Positions 44,400 to 56,297 of a stretch of DNA of 64,000 bases are shown here, piece by piece. Position numbers and translations under genes: made by a program. Source of the stretch: Selaginella moellendorffii. Lineage: Eukaryota; Plantae; Lycopodiophyta. Numbering within the stretch: position 1 is the first letter of the stretch; the number at the start of each line of letters is the position of its first letter. The stretch spans positions 5,349,876 to 5,413,875 of the forward strand of contig NW_003314262.1 of NCBI RefSeq assembly GCF_000143415.4, written 5' to 3'. Under the pieces are notes generated by a model. It did not search any database and was not told the origin of the DNA. It was given only the letters and a program-made list of their open reading frames with translations.

Positions 44400-45215
44400 A
44401 TGGATGGATACCAGCTCGTTGAAGACTTCCATATCTTGCGAGGTAAGCCACGATTTTTGACGATTTTTTTCTTCACGCACTAAGCTTGGATTCGGATGCT
44501 GGCAAGTCTTACGGCCTTGTCATGGCTCTAGGAAAAAGGTTTGTTCTTTTGCTCTTTTCCATGGTCTTAGATTTGTGGACAGGAAAATGATCTTAGCTCC
44601 AGAGTTTGAGATGCCAAACGTCCTGGAGCGGCTGCGCTGGTACGTTTTTAGTTTACTCACTTCGATCATACCCGTTTCTTTCTTGGCAGGCTACAAGGTG
44701 GGAAGCTAAGCAGCCATACCGGCTGGAAAGCTTAACGAGAGAATAAGCCGATCATGGAGCGAATGCGAAGCATCCCACTTCTAGCCGAGTTCTTCCCGAA
44801 CGAGATGAGCTTACTGGAGTATATCAAGGAATCGGGGCATTTCCTGCGGCCTCACCTCGACGATCTCCAGGTTCTCTCCATCCTTCCGGACTGTCTCCCA
44901 TTTGTTGTTGCTTGTTTCTATGCCTATTTAAGATCGCAAGTGTTTTTTAGCTCTCAGGCACCTTGATCGTCAACTTAAGCATGTGTGGAGAATGCTACAT
45001 AGAGAGGAAAGGGTGCTTACGAGTGTCATAAAATCCTATTGAAACAACGATCTCTTCAGGTAAAGTGCATCTATTCTCTCCAGATAAAAAATGGATATTT
45101 TTGTCTCTTGTTCTAGATTCTGTGGAGAAGAAGATATAACTTCACAGATGAGATTGAGAACCGGGTCATACTACCCAAAGCGAGTTAGCATTATATTTAG
45201 AAGTGGTTTCTTAGG
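44400..45215 (+). pseudogene. AlkB-family (ALKBH4-like) 2OG-Fe(II) dioxygenase pseudogene
   Basis: GYQLVEDF, PNEMSLLEY...GHFLRPHLDD, IVNLSM, LLKQRSLQ, RYNFTDEI...RVSIIFR. Frameshifts and stops are present, and the distal His is missing. Confidence 0.7.
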
Positions 45216-45294
45216 GGAAACAGTCAAATTTTAGTCAACTTTCTGTGTTTCTAATCCAGAAAAACTGAAGTCACACTATTGTATGTGGAATGCA

Positions 45295-46626
45295 TCACTC
45301 CTTTCCGTCGGCCTTCCTGAGTGAGCCGAGCTGGACTGGAGCTTGAGTTCCCACAACCTTGGAGGAGCTGTAAGCTGCCGCCAAGTCGTGTGATCCCTCC
45401 GCCATCTCCTTCTCAAGCTGCTCCTTGATCCACATGTAGGTGATTCGCAGCCCATCTCTCAGTCGCATCGAGGGAGCCCAGCCCAGCTTCTCCTTGATCA
45501 GACTGTTGTCCGAGTTCCTTCCGCGGACTCCCTCCGGCCCGGGGATGTGCTGGATTGGAATTTGCTTGTTTTCAAAGCCCAGGATCATCTCCGCCATCTC
45601 GTTCATGCTCACCATCTCGTCGCTGCCGATGTTGAGCGGCTCCCGGAAGTCGGATTTGGTGAGTCGCAAGACTCCCTCCACGCACTCGTCGATGAACGTG
45701 AAGGATCGCGTCTGCATACCATCGCCCCACATCTCGAATTTGTCGGTGGAAGTCAAGGCCTTGCGACAAAACGCGGCTGGAGCCTTCTCTCGTCCGCCTG
45801 TGAGATCGATTTGTCAGTCACCCATCACACTCTAAGCTTCGAGCAAGAGAAGAAAAAGGAAGTTCCAAGAATCTAAGCTCACCTTTCCAGGTACCAAAAG
45901 GCCCGTAGATGTTGTGGAAGCGCCCAATCCGGCACTCGATTCCAAAATCCTTGGTGTAGTGCTTGCACAGCTCTTCGGTGCACAGCTTCTCCAGCCCATA
46001 GGCATCTTGGGGCTGCAAGGAAAACAAGAGTTTTACAACTTCCAGATCAGAAAGAAAGGGTTCTTCGTTCACATACCTCTGCCGGCCATGCATCGCCTTC
46101 TTTGAGGCTCACGTTCGTTTCTAGCTGTTTGAACTCCGGATAGATGCATGCGCTGGACGCGTAAAAGAATCTGCAAGCCAAAAGGAAAATGAGCTCCAAA
46201 TTCTCGGAACCAAAAGAAGAATCCACACCTTTTGACTCCATTGATTCGGGAGGCCTCGAGCATGTTGAAGCTGATCATGGTATTGTTGAAAAGGATGACC
46301 GAGTGATTCGACTGGATGAAACCCATCCCGCCCATATCAGCCGCGAGATTGAAGACATGATCCACGCCCTTTGTCACCACCATGCAATTGTCCATGACGC
46401 GCAGATCCACGAGATGGAACTCGTGGCAGAACATGTCCTCACTCATGTGTTCGTTCTTCTTCCAGTCCGATGCGATTATGTAGTGTCCCTCCGCCTTGAG
46501 TCGCCGTGCAATGTGTGATGCAATAAATCCTCCAGCGCCGGTGATGCAAATCCGGAGCTTGGCTGCTGGCCAGTAGGCCTCACGCTCCAGCTCCGCCCCA
46601 ACTGTGTAAGCTCCAAAGGATTCCAT
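45295..46626 (-). CDS. GME: GDP-mannose 3',5'-epimerase
   Basis: ICITGAGGFIASHIARRLK, FNLAADMGGMGFIQSNHS, AYGLEK, GREKAPAAFCRK, C-terminal GSLRKADGKE. Confidence 0.97.
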
Positions 46627-46775
46627 CGCTGCTCTCTCTCTCTCTCTCTCTTTTCTTTAGGATACGGCTAATGTTTCTCCCCTATTTATACTAGGCTAAC
46701 CAAAAGGTCTTTCCACCTTTTTCCAAGGAAACCTTTTTCCAAGGAACCTTTTGCCACCTTTTTCAGAAAAACTTG

Positions 46776-49683
46776 TTAAGTATTAACTTGGAACAGCTTG
46801 ACTGCATGATCGGCACCGCAGGACGCGAGTCTCGAGCGCTCTTGATCTTCACTCCAGCACAGCCGATTGACAGCCGCCGCATGACAAAGCTGCGAGTCGA
46901 ATCTGGTGACGAGGCTGGGAGCTTGTTTCGCTGCGACGCTCCACAGCTCTATCATCCCGGATTCCATCCCAACCGCGAGTAAATCCTTGGACCCCCACGC
47001 GAGAGCCGTGACGCTGCTTGCGAAACTCGGCAGTGTCGAAAGCAGCTCCACCTTGGCTTGTTCTTGTTCTTGGTCTCCTTCTTGTTCGACTATCGACCAG
47101 ATTTTCACGCTTTTGTCCCGCGAGCCTGTTGCAAACCTGTTGTCGTGCGGGCTCCAGGAGCACGTCCACACAATCCGTTTGTGGGCCTCGAGTTTTACCA
47201 GCAAGCGTTGGAAAGCTGGCACAATGAAAATGGTACCTAGCTGAAAATGGCTCGAAGCTAACGTACCTGTTGTAATCCGGAACAAAGACAAGTGCCTGTC
47301 CCTGGACACCGAGAGAAGGAAGCGGTCGTCGTGCGAAAACTCCATCTGCGTTACCGTGAGCGAGTGCGAGCGAAGTTGCGTGATCGGCCGCCAAGACTTT
47401 GTCTCCCAGAGCCATATCTCGGCTACGCTTGGAGTTTGCGCCTGTGAAACTTTGTGTGAGTAAGTTGACAAGAGATACAAAACTCGCATACCTTGCATGC
47501 AGTGGCAAGAATTTCGCCACCATGGTTCGAGCACATCGAGTAGAGCTCGTTGCCGTGTCCATATAACTTGTGGGACTCCGGCCACAGCGTGTTTTGGACG
47601 AGCTGTTCCTCCAGTGGTGGTTTTGTGAGGACACTAGGAACCGCCTTTGGCACGTACTCACTGTCAAACGCATTACTACGGGAATCCTGGTTTGCGTCGG
47701 CTGCAAGAGAGAACGAAGTTAGTAGTGCAAAAGAAAAAACATTTTTTTGTCTCAAACCTTGAGTATATATTGGTTTCTGAGACAAGCCCAGTGCGGACAT
47801 ATTTGCTCCCAGGATTTGGACGCCTTGCCTCGCCTCCTCGTTGCCACTCGAGCTTGTGAGAAGATCGAGCGTGTCTAGAAACGCGGTGGGAGCCTCAAAC
47901 ACCCTCGCAACCTTCTCGTCGGCTCCACTTACGTATCTATAGTTTCCTTTCCCTCGGATAATCGCCAGACAGTTCATGTCATGGCCATGGACTTGCGGCC
48001 TCGCAACCTCGTGCCAAGTCGAGTTCTCTGCGTCTTTGTTCCAGGAAGTAAACACCCGGGTAGTCTGCAAAGCACGAAACCACACACACTGCGAATAAAT
48101 TCTAGCAAGAACAAGCCGTACCTGGTCGTGACTCGCTGTAAGCAGAAACTGCCCGTTCGAAGCCCAGGCAACGTCGACAACAGGACCAAAATGCCCGGAC
48201 GGGACGAGCTGCGGCATCCATCCAGTCGACACTTCCTTCCAGAGATGGAACGAGCCATTAAATCCGTGAGCCAAGATGGCATCACCACCGGGACTCCAGA
48301 CACCACCGTAGAAGCCGAATGCCGTTTGTCCGAGCTCGCCAACCGTGACTTCGTTCATCCAAATCCCCGACTTGGCTTCTGGTCGCCAAACCATCATCGT
48401 CTTGTCCATGGACGACGACAGAACCGACATTGGCTGGACTTTGTTCTTCAGAAGAGGCTGCCAACGTACGGAGTACACCCAGTCTTCATGGCCAACGAGC
48501 AGCGACTCGAGAGAGATTTGCCAGGTTTCTTTACCAGCCCGGAAAACAGGACCTTCGATGTAAGTTCTCAAACTGGGACCTCTCGAGGCAGCGCCAGGAG
48601 ATCTCGAACGTATTTTCCAGATTCTGATGTTCCTGTCCTGCGAAGAGCTTGCCAGAAAGAGAGATTCCACCCCATCCTCTTGATGTACGATGCCGGAGAA
48701 GTCCAGACCACGGATCCAGTCTTGATGTCCTTTAAGTTTGCAAGCGTGAGTAAACTGGAGAGAAAAAAGAAAATTAGAGGGTGACAAAGCAAAGCATCAA
48801 ACCTTTTCCAGTTTACTCCCGGCGTAAATGTTGATGGTGTTGTCTAAACTTCCGACTGCTAGTATAGTGATATCGGAAATTCCTGGTAAACGAGCCATTG
48901 CCACAGCCACCACTGGCCGAGATACTACCATTTCAACAGTGTCAACAAGCAAAAGGCTGCAGTCTCCTGTTAAACAAAGAAAGCTTTTAGCCAGCAATAA
49001 AAACGAAAATTGCAAACAAGAGCCTACCAGGAAGTAAAGAGGCACTCCATACACATACTCCGCCATCAGATGTGCTTGTCGCAAACAATGCCTCGGTGGA
49101 TGAAATCATCATACTCGCAATGCAGGTCACTGAGCCTCCTTTTGAAACTGTTGCTTGCGAACCAATCCTCCACTAGAACATCGCAATGCAAACTCAGCCG
49201 AGAACGAGAAACTAAAAAACAAAAAAGAAATTCAGTCGCAGACCTTTTTCTGTGATGGAACAAACGACCACAAGATCACAACCCCATCCGCGCTTCCGGA
49301 TAAAATAAAGCACTCACCAGCATCTGAGAAGAACATTCATCAACGAAAGAGAAGAGAAGAGAATTAAAAAGCCAGGAAAGAAATTTATGCCATGCCTGTT
49401 CCTGTATAGTCGAGCCATTCCACGCAGTTGACACTGCTCTTGTGACCGGAAAGCGATACAAGTATCTGCGATGCCTGGAAACGGAAGCAAATATTTTCTC
49501 AATCGACCACTGTGATCGTAAAACAAAGAACAGAAAAAAAAAAAACCAGACCTTTGGCGAGAAGATGCCGACAGAGGAATGCGTCGCAAATGCGACGAGA
49601 TCGCAGCGCCCCCACGCCGCGGCTTTCACCGTTTTGTTGCAGCCGGCGCTCACGAACACGGCCTCCACCCGCGCCATCGCCAT
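46776..49683 (-). CDS. ELP2: Elongator complex protein 2 (WD40)
   Basis: LKGHQDWIRGLDF, LESLLVGHEDWVYSV, WHEVARPQVHGHD, GANMSALGLSQKP, TLWPESHKLYGHGNE. Confidence 0.96.
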
Positions 49684-49899
49684 AAGCCCTATACCCTAGA
49701 AAATCACCAAACAAGAAATTCGACTTAAAAGCTTCCCGCGAAAAAATTCGCTGTATAAACTCGAGTTGGTATGCTACAAAACTGGCCTTTGAAGCCGATC
49801 AGTGAGTGTTCCTATCCTGCTAAACACGAAAGAAAAAAACATCGTCAAGAGAGAAAACGAGAGAGAAACCACCTTACCAACAAGAAAAATAAGAGACCT

Positions 49900-52054
49900 T
49901 CACCGCGTGAGCGATCTAACCAGGTTCAAAATCCTCGAGAACTCGAAGAACAGCACCGAGTGCTCGCCTCCCAATCCCGTCCTCGACGACCTGTTGTTCC
50001 CGGTGAGATTGTTGCACGGAGAGCCGCCAATGACGAGATCGAATCCACCACTCTCCTCCATGAGCCGAGCCACCACCGCCATCGTCAAGTCCTGGACGTC
50101 GTCGAGGATCCGGTGCTGTCCAGTCTGCCCCGACGTCGACCACCACCTCTCCAAGATCCTCCTGTTATCGACGTTGGACTCCACGGACACCACGAACTTT
50201 AGCTTGATCCCGGCTCGATGCAGCGCCACCTCCGCGCCGCCGATGCCCGAGAAGAGCGAGAGCATCCGGATGCCATCGGGGAAGAGCGGACGGAGCGCCG
50301 AGAGGTGGAAGCCGACTACGTCCACCTGGAATGTGTTGCCGAGCGACTTGAAGCGCTCGTTGATCGTGATCGCTCCTCGCGTGTGTCCGCGCTCGTAGCC
50401 AAGCGCTTGCTCGATCTCGTGTGCTTCCAGCGGCGAGCACGTCCCCGGCCCCGTCCACACCAAGTTCCACCTCCTGACGAGCGACATGATGGTCTTCTTT
50501 GCTTCCTCCGACGGCTCGCCCGCGGCCATCAACCTTTGGACGTTGCGGCAGAAGGACGCTGTGTTCCCGCAGGTGTTGATGCAGTTCAGCTGCTGCCGGG
50601 TGTCCCAGGCGGGTGTGTACTGCACCGTCGCTGGCAGGAACTCTCGAATGGTCTTTGGTGGAATCGGGAGAATCAGCTGCCTGTTCTCGAGCGGGAGGTT
50701 GTGGATGTATCCTCTTGCTCTACGAGAAACTGAAAAATGGCTGCAAAGGAAAAAAGAAAGCAACAAAGCATGGTGGCTTTCGGAAAAATGAAACACACGG
50801 AGCTACCTCGCGCACACAAACTCTGGTTGGATACCATAAAGTGAGTTGGAAATGATATCCCAGGATCCATTCGGCATCGTGCGCACATTCTCGAAGTAGA
50901 AGTACGGTTTCCTTGCTTGAGTAGAGGTGAGACTAAGAAATCGACAACAAATATCAGATGTAAAGCTCAAAAGAACGCACATATACTTACTTCCTGGGAA
51001 TGGGAGTCTCGGCCGGCAAGCCGAAACCTTTCAGTCGACGAGAGTGACGTTCCAGAGTCTCGTCCGGCGAGCCAAAACCGTTTAGTGGACGAGAGTGATG
51101 TTCCACCCGCGCTCGTTTTCTCTTCCGGGGAACTGCTACCTCCAGATCGTCCTCGAACGCGTCGAAGTCGCGAGCTGCGAGGAAATCGACAAGAACATCG
51201 ATGTCCTCCGCCCCTGAAAATGCAAATCTTGATAGACATCCTTTTCGAACGGAAAAAGCTCACCACACGATGCAATTGCTTGTGACGCCTGCTCGTAGCT
51301 GTAGCCGAGTGTCGTCAATGTATCTAACGCAGTCATATCCTCGTCCTGCAGATAAAGAATTCTCAACACCAGAAAAAGCTGACATTTCTACCGGCTGAGC
51401 GCCAGATCCATGCTCAATTATATACGCAATGATCGTTTGAATCGCCGCTCCACTTCCTGCGCCAGATCAGAAACCAGAAAAGAAAAGATCGTTCTCACCG
51501 CAGCTGCTCATAGCTTCAGCGATGTCTTGAGTGGAAAAACCCATGCTGCGGAGGAGATCATTTCCAGTACTATCGTCTAGTTCCTGCTTCAGAGAAGTTA
51601 GCAATGAGAAACCAAAGAAAGAAAAGAAAAAACTGTGCCTCTGAATCTCCAGTTACAGAGATGGCACTAGATGTGGATGCCACTGCCGGAGGAGCAACCT
51701 AACAAACGTTCGTGTGTCAGAGAAACCAAGAAGAAACGAAACGAAAAGAAGAAAAGAAAGAAAAAACTTACATCGTGTTGCATCGCAAGAATGTAGTCGA
51801 TGATCACATCGTCCGGAGCGTCGTCGCCGTGGACGCGCATTGCAGCACAGGCTTGCTCCGCCGTGAAGCCCATCGTGGCGAAGGCCAAGGCCCGATCACT
51901 GGGCGGGGCATCATCGCGAGCGGCCGGGGCAGGATCGCCATCGCCGCTGTCATCATCGGAGCTGTAGTCGACGATCGCCTGCAAGCATGGCGCAAGAATG
52001 CGGGTAAGGAAGCGGCAGAGACGGTGGAGGAATCCAAACCTCCGGCCGCGCCAT
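49900..52054 (-). CDS. DRM: DOMAINS REARRANGED DNA (cytosine-5) methyltransferase with N-terminal UBA domains
   Basis: Three UBA-like exons (MGF/LGY); permuted motif order YFENV, RARGYIHNLP, SLGNTFQVD, LSLFSGIGG, GGSPCNNL; the catalytic Pro-Cys is intact. Confidence 0.95.
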
Positions 52055-52165
52055 TCCCTCGCTCGCTTAAACCCTAAAACAATGGTTTGATTTGAATAAA
52101 ATGCATATAAAACAATGGGGGGTCCGCCCAGCCCAAGGGTTTAAAGCGCGAATAGCTAGCTCGGG

Positions 52166-53179
52166 ATGGAGGGGGCGAGGACCGATACTCTCCCGCCGAT
52201 CCATCCAGCGCTGGCGCCGCTGGGTTTTCTACTGGGATCTTGGCGGGGAGCTGGGGAGGGCGGCTTTCCCACCATCAAATCGTTCGGCTATGGCGAGGAA
52301 ATTCGCCTCTGGCACACTGGAAAGGTACTTTTGGGATTTTTCCTTGGAATGGCTTGCTTCTAGAGGAGAAAGCTTCTCTTTTGTGTGTCCATCTCTCGAT
52401 CAATTCCTTTCGCTGCGTGGAAAGTGTCCAAACTTGCGATTCCTTCCCGTTCGTTCTTTGCAAACTTTGACATTGCTTGAGTTTTCTTCTCGTTAGTTGT
52501 TTGCAAACCTTGAGTCATTGCTCGAGTTTTCTTCTCGTTAGTTCTTTGCAAACTTTGACATTGCTCGAGTTTTCTTCTCGTTCTTTGCAAACCTTGAGTC
52601 AGTGCTTGCGTTTTCTTCTTGTTTGTTCTTTGCATTTTTTTATTTTTTTTGCCATGATTTGTTTGCTCATCCGGTACTACGATGGACTTGTTTTCCAGCC
52701 AGTGATGGCCTACACGCAAAAGACATGGAAGGCATCGTCCGGGGAGCCTATGCACGCCGAGAGTGGCTACTGGAGGCCCAGGCCCGATGGCTCGCTCGAG
52801 GTTGTCATCGCACAAAGCACCGGTCTTGCGGAAGTCCAGGTACTGTACAGAGCGAATTTCTCGTTTTCAAGTCTCCGGACGTTCGTGCTAATGAAGCAAA
52901 ACCATTTCTCCTGAACAGATAGGTACGTACGATGCCGAGAACAAGACCGTGACGCTTCACTCCTCGCTAGTGGGAAACGCCAGCAAGGTTCTCACTCTTC
53001 AAGTTAGCAATCGTGTTTTTCCTTTCTCACGCTGTGCTTGGTTTCAGGTCACAGCGATTTCGAGGCGCTTCCAAGTCACTGGAGACGATGAGCTCAGCTA
53101 CACGGTGGAGATGGCCACCTCGGGTACTAATCAACAGCTTATGCCTCATCTTCGAGCGGTCCTGAAGAAAGTAAGCTGA
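52166..53179 (+). CDS. Nitrobindin/THAP4-like heme-binding beta-barrel (DUF1794), 4 exons
   Basis: FLLGSWRGAGEGGFPTI, PMHAESGYWRP, LSYTVEMAT...PHLRAVLKK with the heme His. Confidence 0.93.
52450..52635. repeat. Degenerate minisatellite (about 40-43 bp) in nitrobindin intron 1
   Basis: Recurring TTTGCAAAC.TTGA...ATTGCT.GAGTTTTCTTCTCGTT units. Confidence 0.85.
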
Positions 53180-53418
53180 TGATAAATCTTTGAAGCACAG
53201 CAATGCATCTAAAGCTCGAGATTCCAGCTATGGCGGTGAGTCTTGTTTCAGTCTTCACTGTCCTAACATCAAAAACTATTCTTGCTCGCTATGAACTTGC
53301 ATTTAGGAATCTTTTGCTGTCAAGTTTTTTACAGTTTCTCGCATTCTCTTTGTGCCTTTGGAGTGAGAAGTATACACAAGCAACGAAAAAATGGACACTT
53401 TCTACGGTTCCAACAAGA

Positions 53419-54009
53419 TCAAGGTTTTGTGATTCTCTTGATGCATGGAAGGTCAACGTTAGAGTAGAGCGTGTAGTTTCTCCACTTGTTGGGTTTGACC
53501 GTGGCATACTCGAGCACAAACTTAGTGGGCTTGAGCCCAAACGACTTAAACACACGCAGCAAAGCCGCTTCTTCCCGCCTGAGGAATCCCAGCACCAGCT
53601 TGCAATTCGCTCTGTTCTTGGTGATGCTCGTCACCGCCTCAAACAGCACCTCCAAAGGAATGTAGAAGAATGGAGGGTCAAACACGATTACGCTCATCGG
53701 ATGATCTCGCTCGGACCCCAACGAGGCCGGCATCCGCAAGTCGAAGTAGCGGAATCCTGGGAGGTAGCGGAAGCGAGTGTCCACGTCGAGCAGCAGCTCG
53801 GTCCGCTGGTGCTGGAAGTAGAAGGCGTGCGCGAGCGAAGGAGTCGTGAGGCAGCAGATCTCGCCCTCTTTGATCCCCTCGAGCGCCTGCGTCAACCGCT
53901 TGACCGTGGCCTCGGTCCAGAAGTACTGCTCCAGATCGTGGCGCTCCTGGAATCCATCTGCGAACATGGATCGCGAGCTCGAGGATGCGGATCGATTTGT
54001 TGCCGCCAT
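53419..54009 (-). CDS. N6-adenine-methylase-like (EEF1AKMT1/N6AMT2 family) SAM-dependent methyltransferase, intronless
   Basis: ERHDLEQYFW, ICCLTTPSL, LLDVDTRF, VIVFDPPF. Confidence 0.8.
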   Translation of the reverse strand: MAATNRSASSSSRSMFADGFQERHDLEQYFWTEATVKRLTQALEGIKEGEICCLTTPSLAHAFYFQHQRTELLLDVDTRFRYLPGFRYFDLRMPASLGSERDHPMSVIVFDPPFFYIPLEVLFEAVTSITKNRANCKLVLGFLRREEAALLRVFKSFGLKPTKFVLEYATVKPNKWRNYTLYSNVDLPCIKRITKP

Positions 54010-54667
54010 CGAATTGAGTGCTGGAGCTGCGAGAGATGAGGAAGGATGGAGTTTTACGTTGAGCTTGCTTGGAGCACAAGGTACCTGACTTTGTCAACAC
54101 GAAAGTGCACGATTTTCATTGTAAATTAAATTCCTGAACAGCAGTAATATGAGTTGGTTGATGGACGTGAGACGGAGCTTGTATAAAATTTGTGATCTTA
54201 GACCTATAGAATGGAGAACCAATCCATTTTGGTTCTGTCCATAGCAGCATTCCAGGATATCTGGAGCTACGACTGGCAGCTCCTTTGAGAAGCAGTTTCA
54301 AACAAGTTTCCATACCATGGGATTGTATGAATCATAATCGAAATTAAAAGATCTTCTAATCTTGATTTAAGACAGTGCGCACTGAGCTCTTGACAAGATG
54401 ATGGTTGTTCTTAGCAGGTCGATAGTTGTTCTCCCTGGTACCAAAGCTCTTATAAAAATCCATATTGGCTCTGTCCATACTAGTATTCCACTACATCTGC
54501 CTTTGCTTGATTCATAATAAGCAGGGAGAGAAAAACAAATCACTGCAATCTGTTCAGAAGCAAAGTTTGCATAAGCTAAATAACTTCCCTGAGGACTGGA
54601 GCTTCCTTGTGGAGAATGTGGTGCTTATCAAGGTGTAATCTTGACTTAAGACAAAGTTTCTGTTAAT

Positions 54668-54741
54668 GGTTTCATGGTGTAGTTGGTCATCACGTCAGTC
54701 TAACACACTGAAGGTCTCCAGTTCAAACCTGGATGAAGCCA
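54668..54741 (+). tRNA. tRNA-Val(AAC)
   Basis: GGTTTCATGGTGTAGTTGGTCATCACGTCAGTCTAACACACTGAAGGTCTCCAGTTCAAACCTGGATGAAGCCA forms a cloverleaf with a T-run downstream. Confidence 0.95.
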
Positions 54742-55167
54742 AATATATTTTTGTCACAAGTAACCTTTAGTCAACTCTTGATATTCTTCATAATTAAATG
54801 GACAAATAACAAAAGATAAAGATAATTCCAGCTAAACGAAAGACCATATGGATGTTAGGATGATGGTTGTTCTTTGCAGTTGATAGTTGTTCTTCCTGGG
54901 GCAACAAGCACATCTTGAAACCGATTTCAGTACCAAAGCTCTTATAGAATGGAGAACCTGGTTCTGTCCATACCAGTATTCCAGGACATCTGGGGCTCGA
55001 TCCATGATAAGCAAGGAGAATAAAACAAATCACTCCGATCTGTTCAAAAGAAAAGTTTGCATACCTTGATAAGCACCAACATTCTCCATGAGAAGCCTCC
55101 AGTGCTTGGATAACTTATTTATCGAAGAATATATTGTGGTCCTGGCTTAAGATGAAGTTTTGTTAAT

Positions 55168-55241
55168 GGTTTCATGGTGTAGTTGGTCATCACGTCAGTC
55201 TAACACACTGAAGGTCTCCAGTTCAAACCTGGATGAAGCCA
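55168..55241 (+). tRNA. tRNA-Val(AAC), identical copy
   Basis: Identical to 54668-54741. Confidence 0.95.
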
Positions 55242-55819
55242 GTCACAATTATATGTTGCAAGCCACAAATCATATCTGTTTTGTACAGGTTAACTCTTCA
55301 GAATACTCAAATCATATATAAATGGACATTCCAAAGACTCGCCAGACAATCTTCCAGCTAAACGAACTCCCAGGTTTCTCAGCAATGCCGTCACAGAATC
55401 AAGGGTATCCTCTAGCCAGAGCTACAAACCCACCGCTAGAATCTTTTCTGCCACCTGTGCTCCATCTACATCAAACAAAACGTCGCTACGTACATTTTTT
55501 CCACGAAAAAAATGAGAAACAAGTTTACCCCATACTGCTGCACCAGCGAGAAGATCCGATCCACATCAGAATCGCAAACAGCATGTTTGACGTTATCGAT
55601 TTATATAAGAAAGCAAACAGCAGACCTTCGGGGATGTCCGACTCGATTCAATCGTCACCTCGTCAAGAAGTACTTGACTGGCTCCGGGTGGCTCGGTTCT
55701 ACAGTAATGTCTCTCTCTTTCTGTTGTTTGCTCGGCCCCGCAAATATTTCTGTCATCAATTCCTTGGTCAGCTTGGCGGGGGAATCTAGGAATTTCAACG
55801 TACCATGGCCCTGTTCCGC

Positions 55820-56297
55820 AGCAAGTTATGGCCTACACGCAAAAGACATGCCCAGCAGGCACCGTCCGGGGGGCCTAAGCACGCCGAGGGTGGCTACTGG
55901 AGGCCCAGCCCGATGGTTCAATCGAGGTTGTCATCGCACAAAGCACCGGACTCGCGGAAGCTCAGGTACTGTACAAAGAAAAGCTTCTCGGTTTAAGTCT
56001 CCGGACGTTCCTCGTCCATGAGTCACCTGACCAGATAGGTACCGAGAACAAGACCGTAGCGCTTCACTCCTCGCTACTGGCACACGGCAGCAAGGTTCTG
56101 TAGCCAAACTCTCGAAGTTAAAACATCGTATCTTTTCACGCTGTTTACCTCTATTTCCTTCGTTCCTGGTGCCAGCGATTTCGAGGTAAATTCAGAGTCA
56201 ATGGCGACGATGGATTCAGCTACACGGTCGAGATGGCCACCACGGGTACCAAGCAACAGCCATCTCCGAGCTGTCTTAAAGAAAGCAATCCGATGAT
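55820..56297 (+). pseudogene. Nitrobindin pseudogene (exons 2-4 duplicated, frameshifted)
   Basis: Matches 52700-53180 including introns; has indels; exon 1 not found. Confidence 0.9.

Larger units (their letters stand above)
54195..55250. repeat. Local tandem segmental duplication carrying the tRNA-Val genes
   Basis: Related GG.TCTGTCCATA...ATTCCA blocks at about 54230, 54470 and 54960; ACAAATCACT...ATCTGTTCA.AAG.AAAGTTTGCATA at about 54535 and 55025. Confidence 0.8.

Noticed and set aside
53203-54039. 278-aa plus-strand ORF
   Set aside because: It is antisense to the DPPF methyltransferase and has no motifs.
4791-55241. tRNA pairs spaced exactly 400 and 500 bp apart
   Set aside because: The round numbers are coincidental; the spacers contain indels and a 66-bp duplication.
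44400-55241. Apparent nucleic-acid modification cluster (AlkB, ELP2, DRM, DPPF methyltransferase, tRNAs)
   Set aside because: The pathways are unrelated, one member is a pseudogene, and no shared regulation is visible.
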